A stretch of DNA of 64,000 bases, taken from positions 1-64,000 of the forward strand of contig JAHHIK010000021.1 in assembly GCA_019358935.1 (NCBI GenBank), read 5' to 3'. Both the position numbers and the translations under genes were made by a program. A model generated the notes under the pieces. The model saw nothing but the letters and a program-made list of their open reading frames with translations. It had not been told where the DNA came from and searched no databases. This document shows, in pieces, positions 21,261-32,044 of this stretch (the first letter of the stretch is position 1; every line of letters starts with the position of its first letter). Source of the stretch: Tolypothrix carrinoi HA7290-LM1 (GTDB lineage Bacteria; Cyanobacteriota; Cyanobacteriia; Cyanobacteriales; Nostocaceae).

Positions 21261-22463
21261 ATGCCAAATCCAAAATCGATGAAGCGGGTTTTAGTTGGTG
21301 TAGGTGGTGGTATCGCTGCCTATAAAGTTTGTGAACTTATTTCCACGCTGTTTAAAAGTGGGGTGGAAGTGCGAGTGATTCTCACATCAACAGCACAAGA
21401 ATTTATTACACCTTTAACTTTAGCTACTTTATCCCGCCATCAAGCATATACAGATGAGGATTTTTGGCAAGCTAAATACTCGCGTCCGTTACATATAGAG
21501 TTGGGTGAATGGGCAGATTTGTTTGTCATTGCCCCTTTAACAGCTAATACATTAGCAAAATTAGCTCACGGTATGGCTGATAATTTGCTCACCAACACCG
21601 TTTTAGCTTCTACTTGTCCGGTATTGCTCGCACCCGCAATGAATACCGAAATGTGGGAACAACTGACGGTGCAACGAAATTGGCGAGACTTATTGACAGA
21701 TAGCCGATATCATGGTATGAATACAGCATCGGGGTTATTAGCGTGCGATCGCGTGGGTGCCGGCAGAATGGCAGAACCCCCAGAAATTTTCGCATATGTG
21801 AAATCACTGTTACACACCGCAGGCAAGCGAGATTTAACGCTTAAGCGAGTCTTGATAAGTGCTGGAGGAACGCGAGAACATCTCGACCCAGTGCGATTTA
21901 TTGGCAATCCCTCCACAGGTAAAATGGGATTAGCTTTAGCGCAAGCAGCACTTCACCGAGGCGCAAATGTAACATTAGTACACGGGTTAGCTAGTTGGAA
22001 TGCACCCTTGGGAGTGCAAGCAATTCCCGTGATTAGCGCCAAAGAAATGCAGCACTTCATGCTCGAATATTTACCCAATGCTGATGTAATTATCATGTCG
22101 GCAGCGGTTGCAGATGTCAAGCCGCGAGATTATAGTTTAGAGAAATTGCCCAAGCGATCGCTTCCCCAAGACTTACCCTTAGAACCAGTACCCGATATAA
22201 TTGCTCAATTAGCACGCCAAAAACAACCACATCAAAAGATAATTGGATTCGCTGCACAAAATGGCGATATTGTCAAGCCTGCTTTAGAAAAATTGCAGAA
22301 AAAGAAATTAGATGCGATCGTTGCTAATCCGATAGATCAACCGGATAGTGGTTTTGGCAGTGATAATAATAAAGCGATATTTTTAGATAATCAAGGTCGA
22401 ATAATAACAATAGAACCTTGTTCTAAATTAGAAATGGCGCATCATTTATTTGATTTTATTTAG
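21261..22463 (+). CDS. coaBC: Phosphopantothenoylcysteine decarboxylase/ligase
   Basis: [37 protein letters not shown]. Confidence 0.97.
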   Translation: MPNPKSMKRVLVGVGGGIAAYKVCELISTLFKSGVEVRVILTSTAQEFITPLTLATLSRHQAYTDEDFWQAKYSRPLHIELGEWADLFVIAPLTANTLAKLAHGMADNLLTNTVLASTCPVLLAPAMNTEMWEQLTVQRNWRDLLTDSRYHGMNTASGLLACDRVGAGRMAEPPEIFAYVKSLLHTAGKRDLTLKRVLISAGGTREHLDPVRFIGNPSTGKMGLALAQAALHRGANVTLVHGLASWNAPLGVQAIPVISAKEMQHFMLEYLPNADVIIMSAAVADVKPRDYSLEKLPKRSLPQDLPLEPVPDIIAQLARQKQPHQKIIGFAAQNGDIVKPALEKLQKKKLDAIVANPIDQPDSGFGSDNNKAIFLDNQGRIITIEPCSKLEMAHHLFDFI

Positions 22464-22518
22464 AAGAAAAGCTCACGCCAAATGTAGATGTGTAGATTGC
22501 CGGATTATAATTTAAGAA

Positions 22519-25500
22519 TTATTTCCACTCGCCTTGAAGTGTAAATGCTGCCCAGTAATAAGGTGCGGCAAAGTTATTATTTTGTAACATTTCTATTTGT
22601 GCTTGCCTTAACGCTGCCGCAGGTTTTAATTTGTCTTGCAGCATCTTTTGATAAAATTTTGTCATCAATTCTGATGTGGCTTCGTCATCGACACTCCACA
22701 AACTGACGACGACTCGCGGGCTACCCGCATACATGAAGCCTCTTGTCAAGCCCACCAATCCTTCTCCTTTGACTTCTTTGCCCAAACCTGTTTCGCAAGC
22801 ACTGAGGACGATTAATTCTGCTGGCAAGTTGAGGTTAAAGATATCGTGAAGTCGTAAAAAACCGTTTTGCGGTACACCCTTATTGTCAAACAGCGACAGC
22901 ACTACCCCAGATAATTCGGGTTGCGTGCTATTAAGGATACCGTGTGTTGCAAAATGGACGATGCGATATTGACTTAGTTCGGGGCTGGTAGCGATCGCCC
23001 GACTTGCCGTAAAGTCAAATGCCTCTTTGCGTAAGGCATCGGGAACTAAAGCTAATATGCGTTCGGCTTCGGTGCGCGTAAAGGGCAAGCGACTAAAAGA
23101 TACATCAGCATCTCTGGCGGATCTTGCTAAGTCGAGGTTGTTGACATTGCTTTTGTCTACTGCCTGCTGTTTTTGCGGTAATTTCAAGCGCGGATCGTCG
23201 CTGCTAAAAACCGGATCGGCGATAATTGCGATCGCTTTCGGTGCGGGTTGACGGCTATTTACTTCTTTCCGCAAAAAGAATAAAGTAGATACTGAGGGTA
23301 AATTGACTATTTCGTGTTCAACCAATAAAGGCGTAAGTGACCTCTCCCCCAGCCCCTCCCCTGCAAGGGGAGGGGAGTTAGACTCCCCCTTCCCTTGCAG
23401 GGAAGGGGGTTGGGGGGTTAGGTCTTTCGGGTTCGGCAATGCACCAAACGGCAAATACTGCAACGCACCATCACTGACAATCAGCAAACGCTTATTTCCC
23501 AACTCTTTCGCGACGGGTTGCAAAAGCATCTGACTCAGTTTGGTTGCGACTTCTACATCTGTAGGTGAATTGGAATTAGATACTACCGACATTCTTCTCG
23601 GTTTCTTCAGCGACTGATAAAATTGCTTTGCGCTAGTTTCTATTTCTGCGCGTGGTGGTAGTTCATAACTCGTAATATTTGTTTTGCTGACTGCCCAAAG
23701 ATAGCTGCGTTCCTCGCCTAAAGAATATTCTAAAAGTAGGGTATCGTTATCAAGTAGCTGCTGCTGTTGTGCTAATGTAAGAGGCTGAGGCTGTGTAAGT
23801 GCAGCGTAACGCGGACTGGTGGCTCTAATTTGGGCTTTGACTTGTTGATATTGTTCTAAAAGAGTGGCAATTTCTTTTTGTAGCGTTTCTGTATTTTGTT
23901 TGCTGGATAATTCAATTTGGCGTTTTTCTGTAGCATCTAATTTTTGCTGCAAGTTGCGTTCAAGTTCTAGCAACTTCGGATCTACACCTTGACGAATATC
24001 AGCGTTAGCTTCATTTAACAATTCTACCAGACTGCGGGCGCGAGCGCGTTCGCTAACTTGCAATGCTAAAGCGTTGTATCCTTGAGATGGTTGCTGTTTG
24101 TGCAAGCGCATCAATAAGTCGATGTAAAACTGATAATATTTCTGTATCGAGGCAAAATATGAGCTTCGCAGTTCTTGGTTATTAACTTGAGTGCGGATAT
24201 CTTCAACGATCGCGATCGCCGATTCTATTTTAGTTCGCGCTGCCTGAAAGTTGTTGCGATCGCGTTCCGTCACGGCAATATAATATAGTGTATCCGCAAC
24301 ACCTGTGCGATCGCCTAATTTTTGCCGCAGCTTTAGTTCAGTATTGTAACTGTTGATTGCCTTGTCTGGCTGCTTTAATGAATTGTAAGCTTTGCCAATA
24401 TTGCCGAAAACGTTAGCTTCTGCTATCGGAATGCCAATTTTTGCAAATCTAGATGCTGCATCTTGTGAAACATCTATGGCTTTTTGATAATTCCCTGACG
24501 CTAGATACACCCTGCCAATAAAAGCATAAGCTGAAGCTTCACCAAAGCTGCTTTGTTGTTTTTGTGATAATAAAAGTCCCTGGTTGGCAGCTTCCAGCGC
24601 TTTCGGATAATCTTTTAAAGATTCATAAACTCTAATTACCCCGGTGAGTGTGGCAAATTCTTTAAATACATCTTTTTGTTCGCGCCACAACTTCAGTGCT
24701 TGATTGTAGTATTCTAGTGACTTGGGATAATCTTCAGCAATGCGGTAAACTGTACCAATATTATCAAGAATTTGCGCAACACTTGTGCGATCGCCTATTT
24801 TTCTAAATATCTCCAATGCTTGCGCGTAAGTATCAGTACTTAGTTGATAATCACCTAAATAACTATATACTTGAGCAATACTTTTCAAACTCTTTCCTTC
24901 TCCAGAACGATCTTGTACTTGACGCTGAAGAGTTAATGCTTGATTATATGTATCTAGCGCTTTTTGATAATCGCCGAATGATTGATAAATATCGCCGATA
25001 CTACCAAGGGTGAAAGCAACTCTAGCGCGATCTTGATTCGCACGTTGAAGTACCAAAGCTTGATTTAAAGATTCCAGAGCTTTTTGTTTATCACCCAATT
25101 CATCGTATAATAAACTAACTTGCGCGAAAACTTCCGCTTCCCCGTAACGATTTCCGGCTTTTTGTAAAAGCGATCGCGCACTATTAAAGTATGATATCGC
25201 TTTCGGATAATCGCCTAACGATCTGTAAGTAGCAGCAATACCGATGATAGTTTGCGCTTGCCCAGAAAGGTTAAAGACAAGCGCACTTCCAGAAAGATTT
25301 GCCTGCGCTTGTTGTTGCAGTTTCAAAGCTTGATTTAACGAGTTAAGCGCTTGCTGGTTTTCGCCTAAGGAAAGATAAACTAAACCAATTCTATTATAAA
25401 TCTCAGCTTGTTCGTTAATATCTTTTCTCGAACGTTGAATTGACAATGCTTGATTTAAGATTGGTAAAGCTTTTTGCGACTCACCTAAGGTAGTGTAAAC

Positions 25501-26175
25501 TAAAGCGATCGCATTCAGCGTACTAGCTTGAGCGGCAGTATCTTTTGTGGTACGCTGAATTTCTAAGGCTTGATTGTATGCTGAGAGTGCTTTTTGGGTT
25601 TCGCCCAAACTAAAGTAAACTCCACCAGTACCGATTAGGGCGATCGCTGCAAAGTCAAGTTTTTTCTCACCTTGAAATAATGACACCGCTTGCTTGTAAT
25701 ATTGTAATGCTTTTTGTTTCTCGCCCAGATTCGAGTAAGCACCAGCAAGAGAAGAAAGCATCACAGCTTCGCCAAAACGATCTTTAAGTTCGCGTCTGAT
25801 AACTAAAGCTTGATTGTAATATTCGAGCGCTTTTTGGTTTTGCGACAGCGTAAAGTAGATAGTGCCGATGCCTAAAAGTGTGGTAGCTTCAGAATTGCGA
25901 TCGCCTATTTTTCGCCAAATTAAAAGCGCTTGAGAGTAAAGTGCGATCGCTTGTAGTTTAGATTCACCCGTACCTTGCAGCAAAAGTTTCTGTGCTTCAT
26001 CCTGAAGTTGCTTTCCCTTAACGTATTCTGGGGAATTATTTGGTACTTGTTGAGCGATCGCACCTGCGATAGATGCAGTCACCACCACCGGATGCGACAA
26101 CATCAGAATGCCAACAATCGCCGCTAAAGAACGATGAATCAGCATTTTATCAGTTTTAATTTTCGGGTTTATCAC
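22519..26175 (-). CDS. TPR repeat + CHAT (caspase-like) domain protein
   Basis: About 40-aa TPR repeats, SERARARSL, HFATHG, LSACETG, PYYWAAF. Confidence 0.95.
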   Translation of the reverse strand: MINPKIKTDKMLIHRSLAAIVGILMLSHPVVVTASIAGAIAQQVPNNSPEYVKGKQLQDEAQKLLLQGTGESKLQAIALYSQALLIWRKIGDRNSEATTLLGIGTIYFTLSQNQKALEYYNQALVIRRELKDRFGEAVMLSSLAGAYSNLGEKQKALQYYKQAVSLFQGEKKLDFAAIALIGTGGVYFSLGETQKALSAYNQALEIQRTTKDTAAQASTLNAIALVYTTLGESQKALPILNQALSIQRSRKDINEQAEIYNRIGLVYLSLGENQQALNSLNQALKLQQQAQANLSGSALVFNLSGQAQTIIGIAATYRSLGDYPKAISYFNSARSLLQKAGNRYGEAEVFAQVSLLYDELGDKQKALESLNQALVLQRANQDRARVAFTLGSIGDIYQSFGDYQKALDTYNQALTLQRQVQDRSGEGKSLKSIAQVYSYLGDYQLSTDTYAQALEIFRKIGDRTSVAQILDNIGTVYRIAEDYPKSLEYYNQALKLWREQKDVFKEFATLTGVIRVYESLKDYPKALEAANQGLLLSQKQQSSFGEASAYAFIGRVYLASGNYQKAIDVSQDAASRFAKIGIPIAEANVFGNIGKAYNSLKQPDKAINSYNTELKLRQKLGDRTGVADTLYYIAVTERDRNNFQAARTKIESAIAIVEDIRTQVNNQELRSSYFASIQKYYQFYIDLLMRLHKQQPSQGYNALALQVSERARARSLVELLNEANADIRQGVDPKLLELERNLQQKLDATEKRQIELSSKQNTETLQKEIATLLEQYQQVKAQIRATSPRYAALTQPQPLTLAQQQQLLDNDTLLLEYSLGEERSYLWAVSKTNITSYELPPRAEIETSAKQFYQSLKKPRRMSVVSNSNSPTDVEVATKLSQMLLQPVAKELGNKRLLIVSDGALQYLPFGALPNPKDLTPQPPSLQGKGESNSPPLAGEGLGERSLTPLLVEHEIVNLPSVSTLFFLRKEVNSRQPAPKAIAIIADPVFSSDDPRLKLPQKQQAVDKSNVNNLDLARSARDADVSFSRLPFTRTEAERILALVPDALRKEAFDFTASRAIATSPELSQYRIVHFATHGILNSTQPELSGVVLSLFDNKGVPQNGFLRLHDIFNLNLPAELIVLSACETGLGKEVKGEGLVGLTRGFMYAGSPRVVVSLWSVDDEATSELMTKFYQKMLQDKLKPAAALRQAQIEMLQNNNFAAPYYWAAFTLQGEWK
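23339..23424. repeat. Double-hairpin dispersed repeat inserted in frame in the CHAT gene
   Basis: CCCCTCCCCTGCAAGGGGAGGGG and CCCCCTTCCCTTGCAGGGAAGGGGG; encodes DLTPQPPSLQGKGE...GEGLGERS. Confidence 0.8.
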
Positions 26176-26293
26176 CGTAATTTTACCTTATATAGATACT
26201 TTATCAGGTTATATAAGTAAAACTAGCACCTATGTAATCACTTTCTTGGCACTGTTACATTTTTGAGAACATTACAAGCGGGGTTATAGATTT

Positions 26294-26433
26294 AGGAATG
26301 AGCGCAAAAACTCTCTCAAACTCTTCTTCCTCTGTGTCCTCTCTCTTGAAAAGGTCTGATCGGAGGAAACCTCCGCTCAGACTTTTCGCTGCGTACTCTG
26401 CGGTTCGTTTTCCATTTATTTACGCTCATTCCT
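26294..26433. mobile_element. MITE-like repeat with terminal IR AGGAATGAGCG/CGCTCATTCCT and nested hairpin insert
   Basis: Terminal IR; body matches the 18105 element; extra GAAAAGGTCTGATCGGAGGAAACCTCCGCTCAGACTTTTC. Confidence 0.65.
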
Positions 26434-26493
26434 GGTAATGTCACAGAAAAACTGACCGTCGCCCGTGCGAAAATTAAAAAAAATAGATTAAAA

Positions 26494-27972
26494 ATGTTTA
26501 CTGCTTCAGAAACTCCTATTATTACGGCAATCGTGCTGGTTTTTTTCGGCATTTTGGCTTGGGGCTTTTATCGCGCCAGACCATTTGGTAAACTCGGCAT
26601 CTTAGCTTGGTTGCAGTCGGTGGTGTTGATGACTCCTTGGCTGTTGTTTTTTGGTTTGTTTGCTGCGGGGATTTACATCAATATAGTGGGTGTGCTATTT
26701 TTATTGGTGGGATCGACTGCCTTATACATCTTTCTGGGAAGAAAGTTGCGAGCAGCCGGACAAGATGCGATTCTCAAACAGCGTGCAACTGAAAGAATAG
26801 CCGCTACCCCAGCACCAGAAACTCAAACAAATGCAGTGAATGCGGAATTAAAGCTGGAAGATGCGCCAATTCCAGAAGAGGAATTGAACGCAATAAAAGG
26901 TATTTTCGGTTTAGATACATTTTTTGCCACAGAAGCGATCGCTTATCAACAAGGAGCGATTTTCAAAGGTAATCTACGCGGAGAACCAGAAGAAGTTCAC
27001 AATCGCCTTACCATCAGTTTACAGGAACGCTTGGGCGATAAATATCGCTTGTTCCTCGTCGAAAACCCAGATGACAAACCTGTAATTATCGTCTTACCCA
27101 GCAGCAATGACCCGCGTCCGTCAACATTATCGCAAAAAATCTTTGCTGGTATTATATTAATAGCAACGATCGCCACCTGTTTAGAAGCTGCCGGTTTGCT
27201 ATTAAGATTTGATTTCTTTGAGAATCCATCGCGCTTTGCGGAAGCTTTACCCATCGCTGCGGGTATTTTGACGATTTTGCTAATTCACGAACTTGGTCAT
27301 TGGTTACTCGCACGGCGTCACCAAATCCGTTTAAGTTTACCATTCTTTCTTCCCGCCGTGCAAATTGGCTCATTTGGGGCAATTACTCGCTTTGAATCTT
27401 TATTACCCAACCGCAAGGTATTATTCGATATTGCTATAGCAGGTCCAGCCGCAGGTGGAATTGCTTCTTTGGTAACATTGATAATTGGCTTGCTACTTTC
27501 TCATCAGGGTAGCTTGTTTCAACTACCAAACGAGTTTTTCCAAGGTTCGATTTTAGTAGGAAGCTTGGCGCGGATAATTCTCGGTTCCGCGTTACAATCA
27601 TCTGTGGTGGATATTCATCCTTTAGTGGTGATTGGTTGGTTAGGATTGGTCATCACCGCGATAAACTTAATGCCAGCGGGAGTATTAGATGGTGGACGCA
27701 TTGTCCAAGCGATTTACGGACGCAAAACCGCAGGAAGAGTCACAGTAGCAACTTTAATTGTTTTAGGAATAGCATCTTTAGCAAATCCGCTTGCAATGTA
27801 TTGGGCAATCGTGATTTTATTTTTACAGCGGGATTTAGAACGTCCCAGCTTAAACGAAATCAGCGAACCCGACGATGCACGCGCTGCTTTAGGTCTTTTA
27901 GCTTTATTCTTAATGATAGCTACCCTTTTACCTTTAACTCCCGCTTTAGCTGGACGTTTGGGAATTGGGTAA
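26494..27972 (+). CDS. Site-2 protease (M50 metalloprotease)
   Basis: HELGH and NLMPAGVLDGG motifs; multiple TM segments. Confidence 0.95.
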   Translation: MFTASETPIITAIVLVFFGILAWGFYRARPFGKLGILAWLQSVVLMTPWLLFFGLFAAGIYINIVGVLFLLVGSTALYIFLGRKLRAAGQDAILKQRATERIAATPAPETQTNAVNAELKLEDAPIPEEELNAIKGIFGLDTFFATEAIAYQQGAIFKGNLRGEPEEVHNRLTISLQERLGDKYRLFLVENPDDKPVIIVLPSSNDPRPSTLSQKIFAGIILIATIATCLEAAGLLLRFDFFENPSRFAEALPIAAGILTILLIHELGHWLLARRHQIRLSLPFFLPAVQIGSFGAITRFESLLPNRKVLFDIAIAGPAAGGIASLVTLIIGLLLSHQGSLFQLPNEFFQGSILVGSLARIILGSALQSSVVDIHPLVVIGWLGLVITAINLMPAGVLDGGRIVQAIYGRKTAGRVTVATLIVLGIASLANPLAMYWAIVILFLQRDLERPSLNEISEPDDARAALGLLALFLMIATLLPLTPALAGRLGIG

Positions 27973-28143
27973 TTGGTAATCGGTAATGGGTAATCGGTAA
28001 TGGGTAATGGGGAATGGGTAATTGGGAATGGGTAATAGGAAGAAAAAATGTCCCCCTTGTCCCCCTTGTCCCCCTTGTCCCCCTTGTCCCCCTTGTCTCC
28101 CTTGTCCCCTTGTCCCCCTTGTCCCCTTGTCCCCCTTGTCCCC
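27960..28143. repeat. STRR heptamers plus TCCCC(C)TTG 8/9-mer array
   Basis: Tandem repeats between convergent genes. Confidence 0.9.
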
Positions 28144-28149
28144 TCTTTC

Positions 28150-29355
28150 TCAACCTTTCCAACCTAAAAGCAAGTTCGGATACGCTTTGGGTGTGGGGAA
28201 AAGCTTCTGAAAGCTAGTTTGACGTTGTGGGGGTTTTTCGTTAGCGAGATTCCATAAAGTTTCGTAAAAGAAAAAGGATACACCAGCAAATTTTCTTGCG
28301 CGTACACTCTGCACTTGTGTTTCAATTTGTTGCATCGGCACAAATCGACCTTTCAAACCTGATAAAATGCCAATACTTACGGGAATATGGCTGCGTGCTG
28401 CTTTGACTTCCGGATATTCTAATTCGCTGTTAAAAACATTCAAGTCATTGCGATATATCTGCACAACTAATTCTTCAATTAATCCCATCCGTTCCCATTT
28501 CTGCCAATCTGCTAAAAAGAAGTCGTAGGAAAAGCGCTGCGGATTAGGTGCAATGGAAACTATGCAATTCTTTTTCGTTGCTTTGATGGCTGTAAATACC
28601 CGCTTCATATAGTTGGTGATTTTGTTTGCTCGCCAACTTACCCATTCTGGATTTTTAAAGTCTGTTGGGGGAGCTTTGCCATTATGCTCTTTTTTGTAGA
28701 GTGCAACGGTATAAGCATCATATCCCAATTCTGATGGTAAACCAAAATGGTCATCAAATTGAATGCCGTCGATGTTGTAATTTCTGACGATTTCGACGAT
28801 TAAGTTTTGGATAAATTGCTGTACTTCTGGGTGAAAGGGATTCAGCCAAACGCGATCGTGAGTACCTTCTTTGACAATTTGCGTACCGTTAACGCGATTT
28901 GTCAGCCATTGCGGATGACGTTTAGCTAGTTGCGAATCAGCCGGCGCCATAAAGCCAAATTCAAACCAGGGAATGACTGTTAAGCCTTTTTGATGTCCGA
29001 CATCGACAACTTCTTTGAGCATATCACGTCGTTGCAATCCCGGTGTCGGATCGAGCGATCGCCCAATTACACTTTGAGCTACTTTACTAGGATATAATGT
29101 CCAGCCCCAATTCCAAACAGTCGGATATACAGTATTAAAGTTTAACTCGTCTAAGCGTTGCAAAGCTTTATTCAGACGCGATCGCTCAAACAACACATCG
29201 CTATCAATATTAGTTAACCACACCCCCCGCAACTCCGCAGCTCCCACACGCGGATTTTGCGCGTTTAAAGGAAAAGACAACATCACCGACGCTATTATAC
29301 TTAAAGCTATTACCGCAGAAAAGAACGCCTTTTGTTTACTCACAACCCTCATCAT
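28150..29355 (-). CDS. Glycoside hydrolase-like GHL10 (DUF187) protein, signal peptide
   Basis: ELRGVWLT, WFEFG, WLNPFHPEV, DGIQFDD. Confidence 0.9.
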   Translation of the reverse strand: MMRVVSKQKAFFSAVIALSIIASVMLSFPLNAQNPRVGAAELRGVWLTNIDSDVLFERSRLNKALQRLDELNFNTVYPTVWNWGWTLYPSKVAQSVIGRSLDPTPGLQRRDMLKEVVDVGHQKGLTVIPWFEFGFMAPADSQLAKRHPQWLTNRVNGTQIVKEGTHDRVWLNPFHPEVQQFIQNLIVEIVRNYNIDGIQFDDHFGLPSELGYDAYTVALYKKEHNGKAPPTDFKNPEWVSWRANKITNYMKRVFTAIKATKKNCIVSIAPNPQRFSYDFFLADWQKWERMGLIEELVVQIYRNDLNVFNSELEYPEVKAARSHIPVSIGILSGLKGRFVPMQQIETQVQSVRARKFAGVSFFFYETLWNLANEKPPQRQTSFQKLFPTPKAYPNLLLGWKG

Positions 29356-29535
29356 CTACTTTCAGTAATATAATAAAAATTCGCGTCCCGTGAGCGGTAA
29401 ACCGCTCATCCCAAAACTTTCAAAAAGCCATAAATTAACAGTATAATTCACAACTTTATTTATTATAAAAAGCGGCTAAAATAGCCATAATTATACCGAA
29501 AATATTGTAAATCGGTATAAAAAGTCATTCTTATT

Positions 29536-30084
29536 TTAGTCAACCTTCCCCAAAAGTCGTGGAAGTTGCTCCAACACCCTTTCAAATAGTGCAGTATTAT
29601 CAAGTCCCCGTGTTAAAACTAGCGCACCTTGAATTTGCATCACCGCATCTTCTGCACGTTGACGTGCCGTCATTTCAGACAAACCCCCCTCTTCTAACAC
29701 TTTTGCCAAATTATCAATCCAAGCATTCAGTGCCTGACTTATCTGCTCGTGAAATAAATCATTCGGTTCCCCCAAGCTAAACAATGCCAATAAACACGCA
29801 TCTTGCCCGCAGTTGTAAAACTGTTTTAGGTTAGAACTCATAACTTGGATACGCTTTAGTGGTTCACCCGACTGACGCAGCGGTTCGAGAATTGTTGCCG
29901 CAAACCACTGGTTTACATATTCCAGCACTGCCTGTGCCATCTGTTGTTTTCCATCGGGAAAGTGATGGTAAAGACTTGCTCTGCCTAACCCCGTTGCCTT
30001 AGAAATGCGGGACAAAGTTGCCCCTTCGTAACCATACTGACGAAACACGTTAACTAACCGTTGAGAAGCTTCTATTTTATCCAT
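29536..30084 (-). CDS. TetR/AcrR family regulator
   Basis: GYEGATLSRISKATGLGRASLYHHF. Confidence 0.95.
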   Translation of the reverse strand: MDKIEASQRLVNVFRQYGYEGATLSRISKATGLGRASLYHHFPDGKQQMAQAVLEYVNQWFAATILEPLRQSGEPLKRIQVMSSNLKQFYNCGQDACLLALFSLGEPNDLFHEQISQALNAWIDNLAKVLEEGGLSEMTARQRAEDAVMQIQGALVLTRGLDNTALFERVLEQLPRLLGKVD

Positions 30085-30105
30085 GAATTTTTTTTGTTTA
30101 ACTTA

Positions 30106-30238
30106 TTGACATTATACCAAACGTTCGGTATAGTATTTTTGGAGCCGAACGTTCGGTCAAAAAATGGTTGAGAGATATTAAGCGATCGCGGATCATTTTT
30201 TGTCTATCGCGTGTCGCATTTATACCGAACGTTCGGTA
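30106..30238 (+). promoter_or_regulatory. Sigma70 promoter TTGACA-N17-TATAGT with three TACCGAACGTTCGGTA-type operators
   Basis: -35 at 30106, -10 at 30129; palindromes at 30113-30132, 30145-30156 and 30223-30238. Confidence 0.85.
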
Positions 30239-30260
30239 ATATAAAAAAGGAAAATTAATT

Positions 30261-30635
30261 ATGAAAGCTGCAATTGTGATTCTTTCCGACCCGAAAGCGA
30301 CAACAGAAGAAGCGTTGGGACGCTTATTTAACGCTCTAGCATCAGTTTATGACTTCAAACAAAACGGTGATGATGTTACCGTATTATTCCAAGGTGCGGG
30401 TACTCGTTGGATTGGAGAGTTAACCAAACCGGAACATCCAGCACATGATTTATTTGAGGCAATTAAAGACACCATTGCCGGCGTTTCATGCGGTTGTGCG
30501 GATGTATTCGGTGCTGCCGAAGATGCGGTAAAGTCGGGCTTTGACCTAATTAAAGATAACTCAGTACCGGGTACAACAGGCTTACCCAGTCTGCGTCAGC
30601 TGATAGCAGATGGCTATCACGTCTTAACATTTTAG
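30261..30635 (+). CDS. DsrE-like protein
   Basis: GRLFNAL, FQGAGTRW, SCGCADVFG. Confidence 0.75.
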   Translation: MKAAIVILSDPKATTEEALGRLFNALASVYDFKQNGDDVTVLFQGAGTRWIGELTKPEHPAHDLFEAIKDTIAGVSCGCADVFGAAEDAVKSGFDLIKDNSVPGTTGLPSLRQLIADGYHVLTF

Positions 30636-30715
30636 CTCAAAAGTCGAACTTGAAAAAAACAAGATACCCGACTTCTCCAAGAAGTCAGGTATCTGAATGT
30701 CAAAAGGTAATATTT

Positions 30716-31636
30716 ATGTCAATAGCTAATCCTTTCCATGATGGTGAACAACTGGTACAACAGCGCTTGGGTGAAGTGGAAATTGCTCAACGCAATGGGC
30801 GGATAATTGCTGACAAAATTATACCAGGTGCGCTGAAGTTTATCGAACAGCAGCCGATGGTAGTATTGGGTAGTGTGGGCATTAGCCAAAATGTTTGGGC
30901 TTCGGTTTTGTTTGGTTCTCCAGGATTCATGACCGCTGTAGACCAAAGCACTGTTGAATTTGACCTAAACCAAGCTGTTTGCAACAGTCTCGATCCTTTT
31001 TGGACAAACATTGAACATAATCCACAAATCGGAATGCTGGTAATAGAACTTGCTACCCGTCGTCGTCTTCGCATCAACGGTGAGGTAACTCGCTTGTCAG
31101 AAACACGTTTACGCTTAAACGTTTGGGAATCTTACCCAAACTGCCCGAAGTACATCCAGCGACGACACATCACTCGAAATCACAAAAGTACAAGTCCCCT
31201 AAAAGAAGCACGAACAGGACTTACGCTGTCAGCAGAACAAAGTGCGTTGATTGGGACAGCTGACACATTTTTTGTTGCCAGTGCCCATCCAATTCGTGGA
31301 GTTGATGCATCGCATCGGGGTGGAAATCCTGGTTTCGTTCGAGTTCTGGATGACCGCACCCTCCGCATTCCCGATTATGCAGGCAACAGTATGTTTAACA
31401 CGCTGGGCAACTTTGTGGAAAATCCTCACGCAGGTCTGATTTTTTTGGACTTTGAGCGATATGTGTCTCTACAACTAATTGGTCGTCCGGAAATTTTGTG
31501 GGAGTTAGACGATCCAACTAATGAAACGAATGGAACCCGACGCTATTGGACACTTTTCGTGGAACAATGGTTAGAAACAAGTCTTTCTCAGTCGTTTTGC
31601 TGGGAATTACTTGATTATTCACCCTACAATCCGTAG
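30716..31636 (+). CDS. Pyridoxamine 5'-phosphate oxidase family FMN-binding protein
   Basis: FHDGE, RRRLRING, NCPKYIQ, DASHRGG, PDYAGN. Confidence 0.9.
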   Translation: MSIANPFHDGEQLVQQRLGEVEIAQRNGRIIADKIIPGALKFIEQQPMVVLGSVGISQNVWASVLFGSPGFMTAVDQSTVEFDLNQAVCNSLDPFWTNIEHNPQIGMLVIELATRRRLRINGEVTRLSETRLRLNVWESYPNCPKYIQRRHITRNHKSTSPLKEARTGLTLSAEQSALIGTADTFFVASAHPIRGVDASHRGGNPGFVRVLDDRTLRIPDYAGNSMFNTLGNFVENPHAGLIFLDFERYVSLQLIGRPEILWELDDPTNETNGTRRYWTLFVEQWLETSLSQSFCWELLDYSPYNP

Positions 31637-32044
31637 ACGGATGGTTGCAGTAAGTTGATCAGCCTGGGCAAAATGCCGTTTAAGACCTTATTTAACGGTC
31701 AAAATGCCGCGTGGATCGAGCAAATAAACAAGTTAATAACTCCAACAAAGCGATCGCTTCCGATTATATATTACTTTTTACTAATTTTTCCGGACAATGA
31801 AATGATTCAACTTCAAGCACTTATTTAGCTATATCCTAATGCCCAAGCACGATTGATGGTCAAGAGATTTCCTAATTAGCCAATCGTTATTCAAAGAATG
31901 GGGGGTCTAACACCACACGCTCAATAACCACATCAGGAGTATATTTTGGTTATCAAAATTACCCAAGCTTGTCAGAATCGCATTTTCGGGGTAATTTTCT
32001 CAACTATAACAATTTAATTATTAAAACTTAATTTAGGATTCTCA

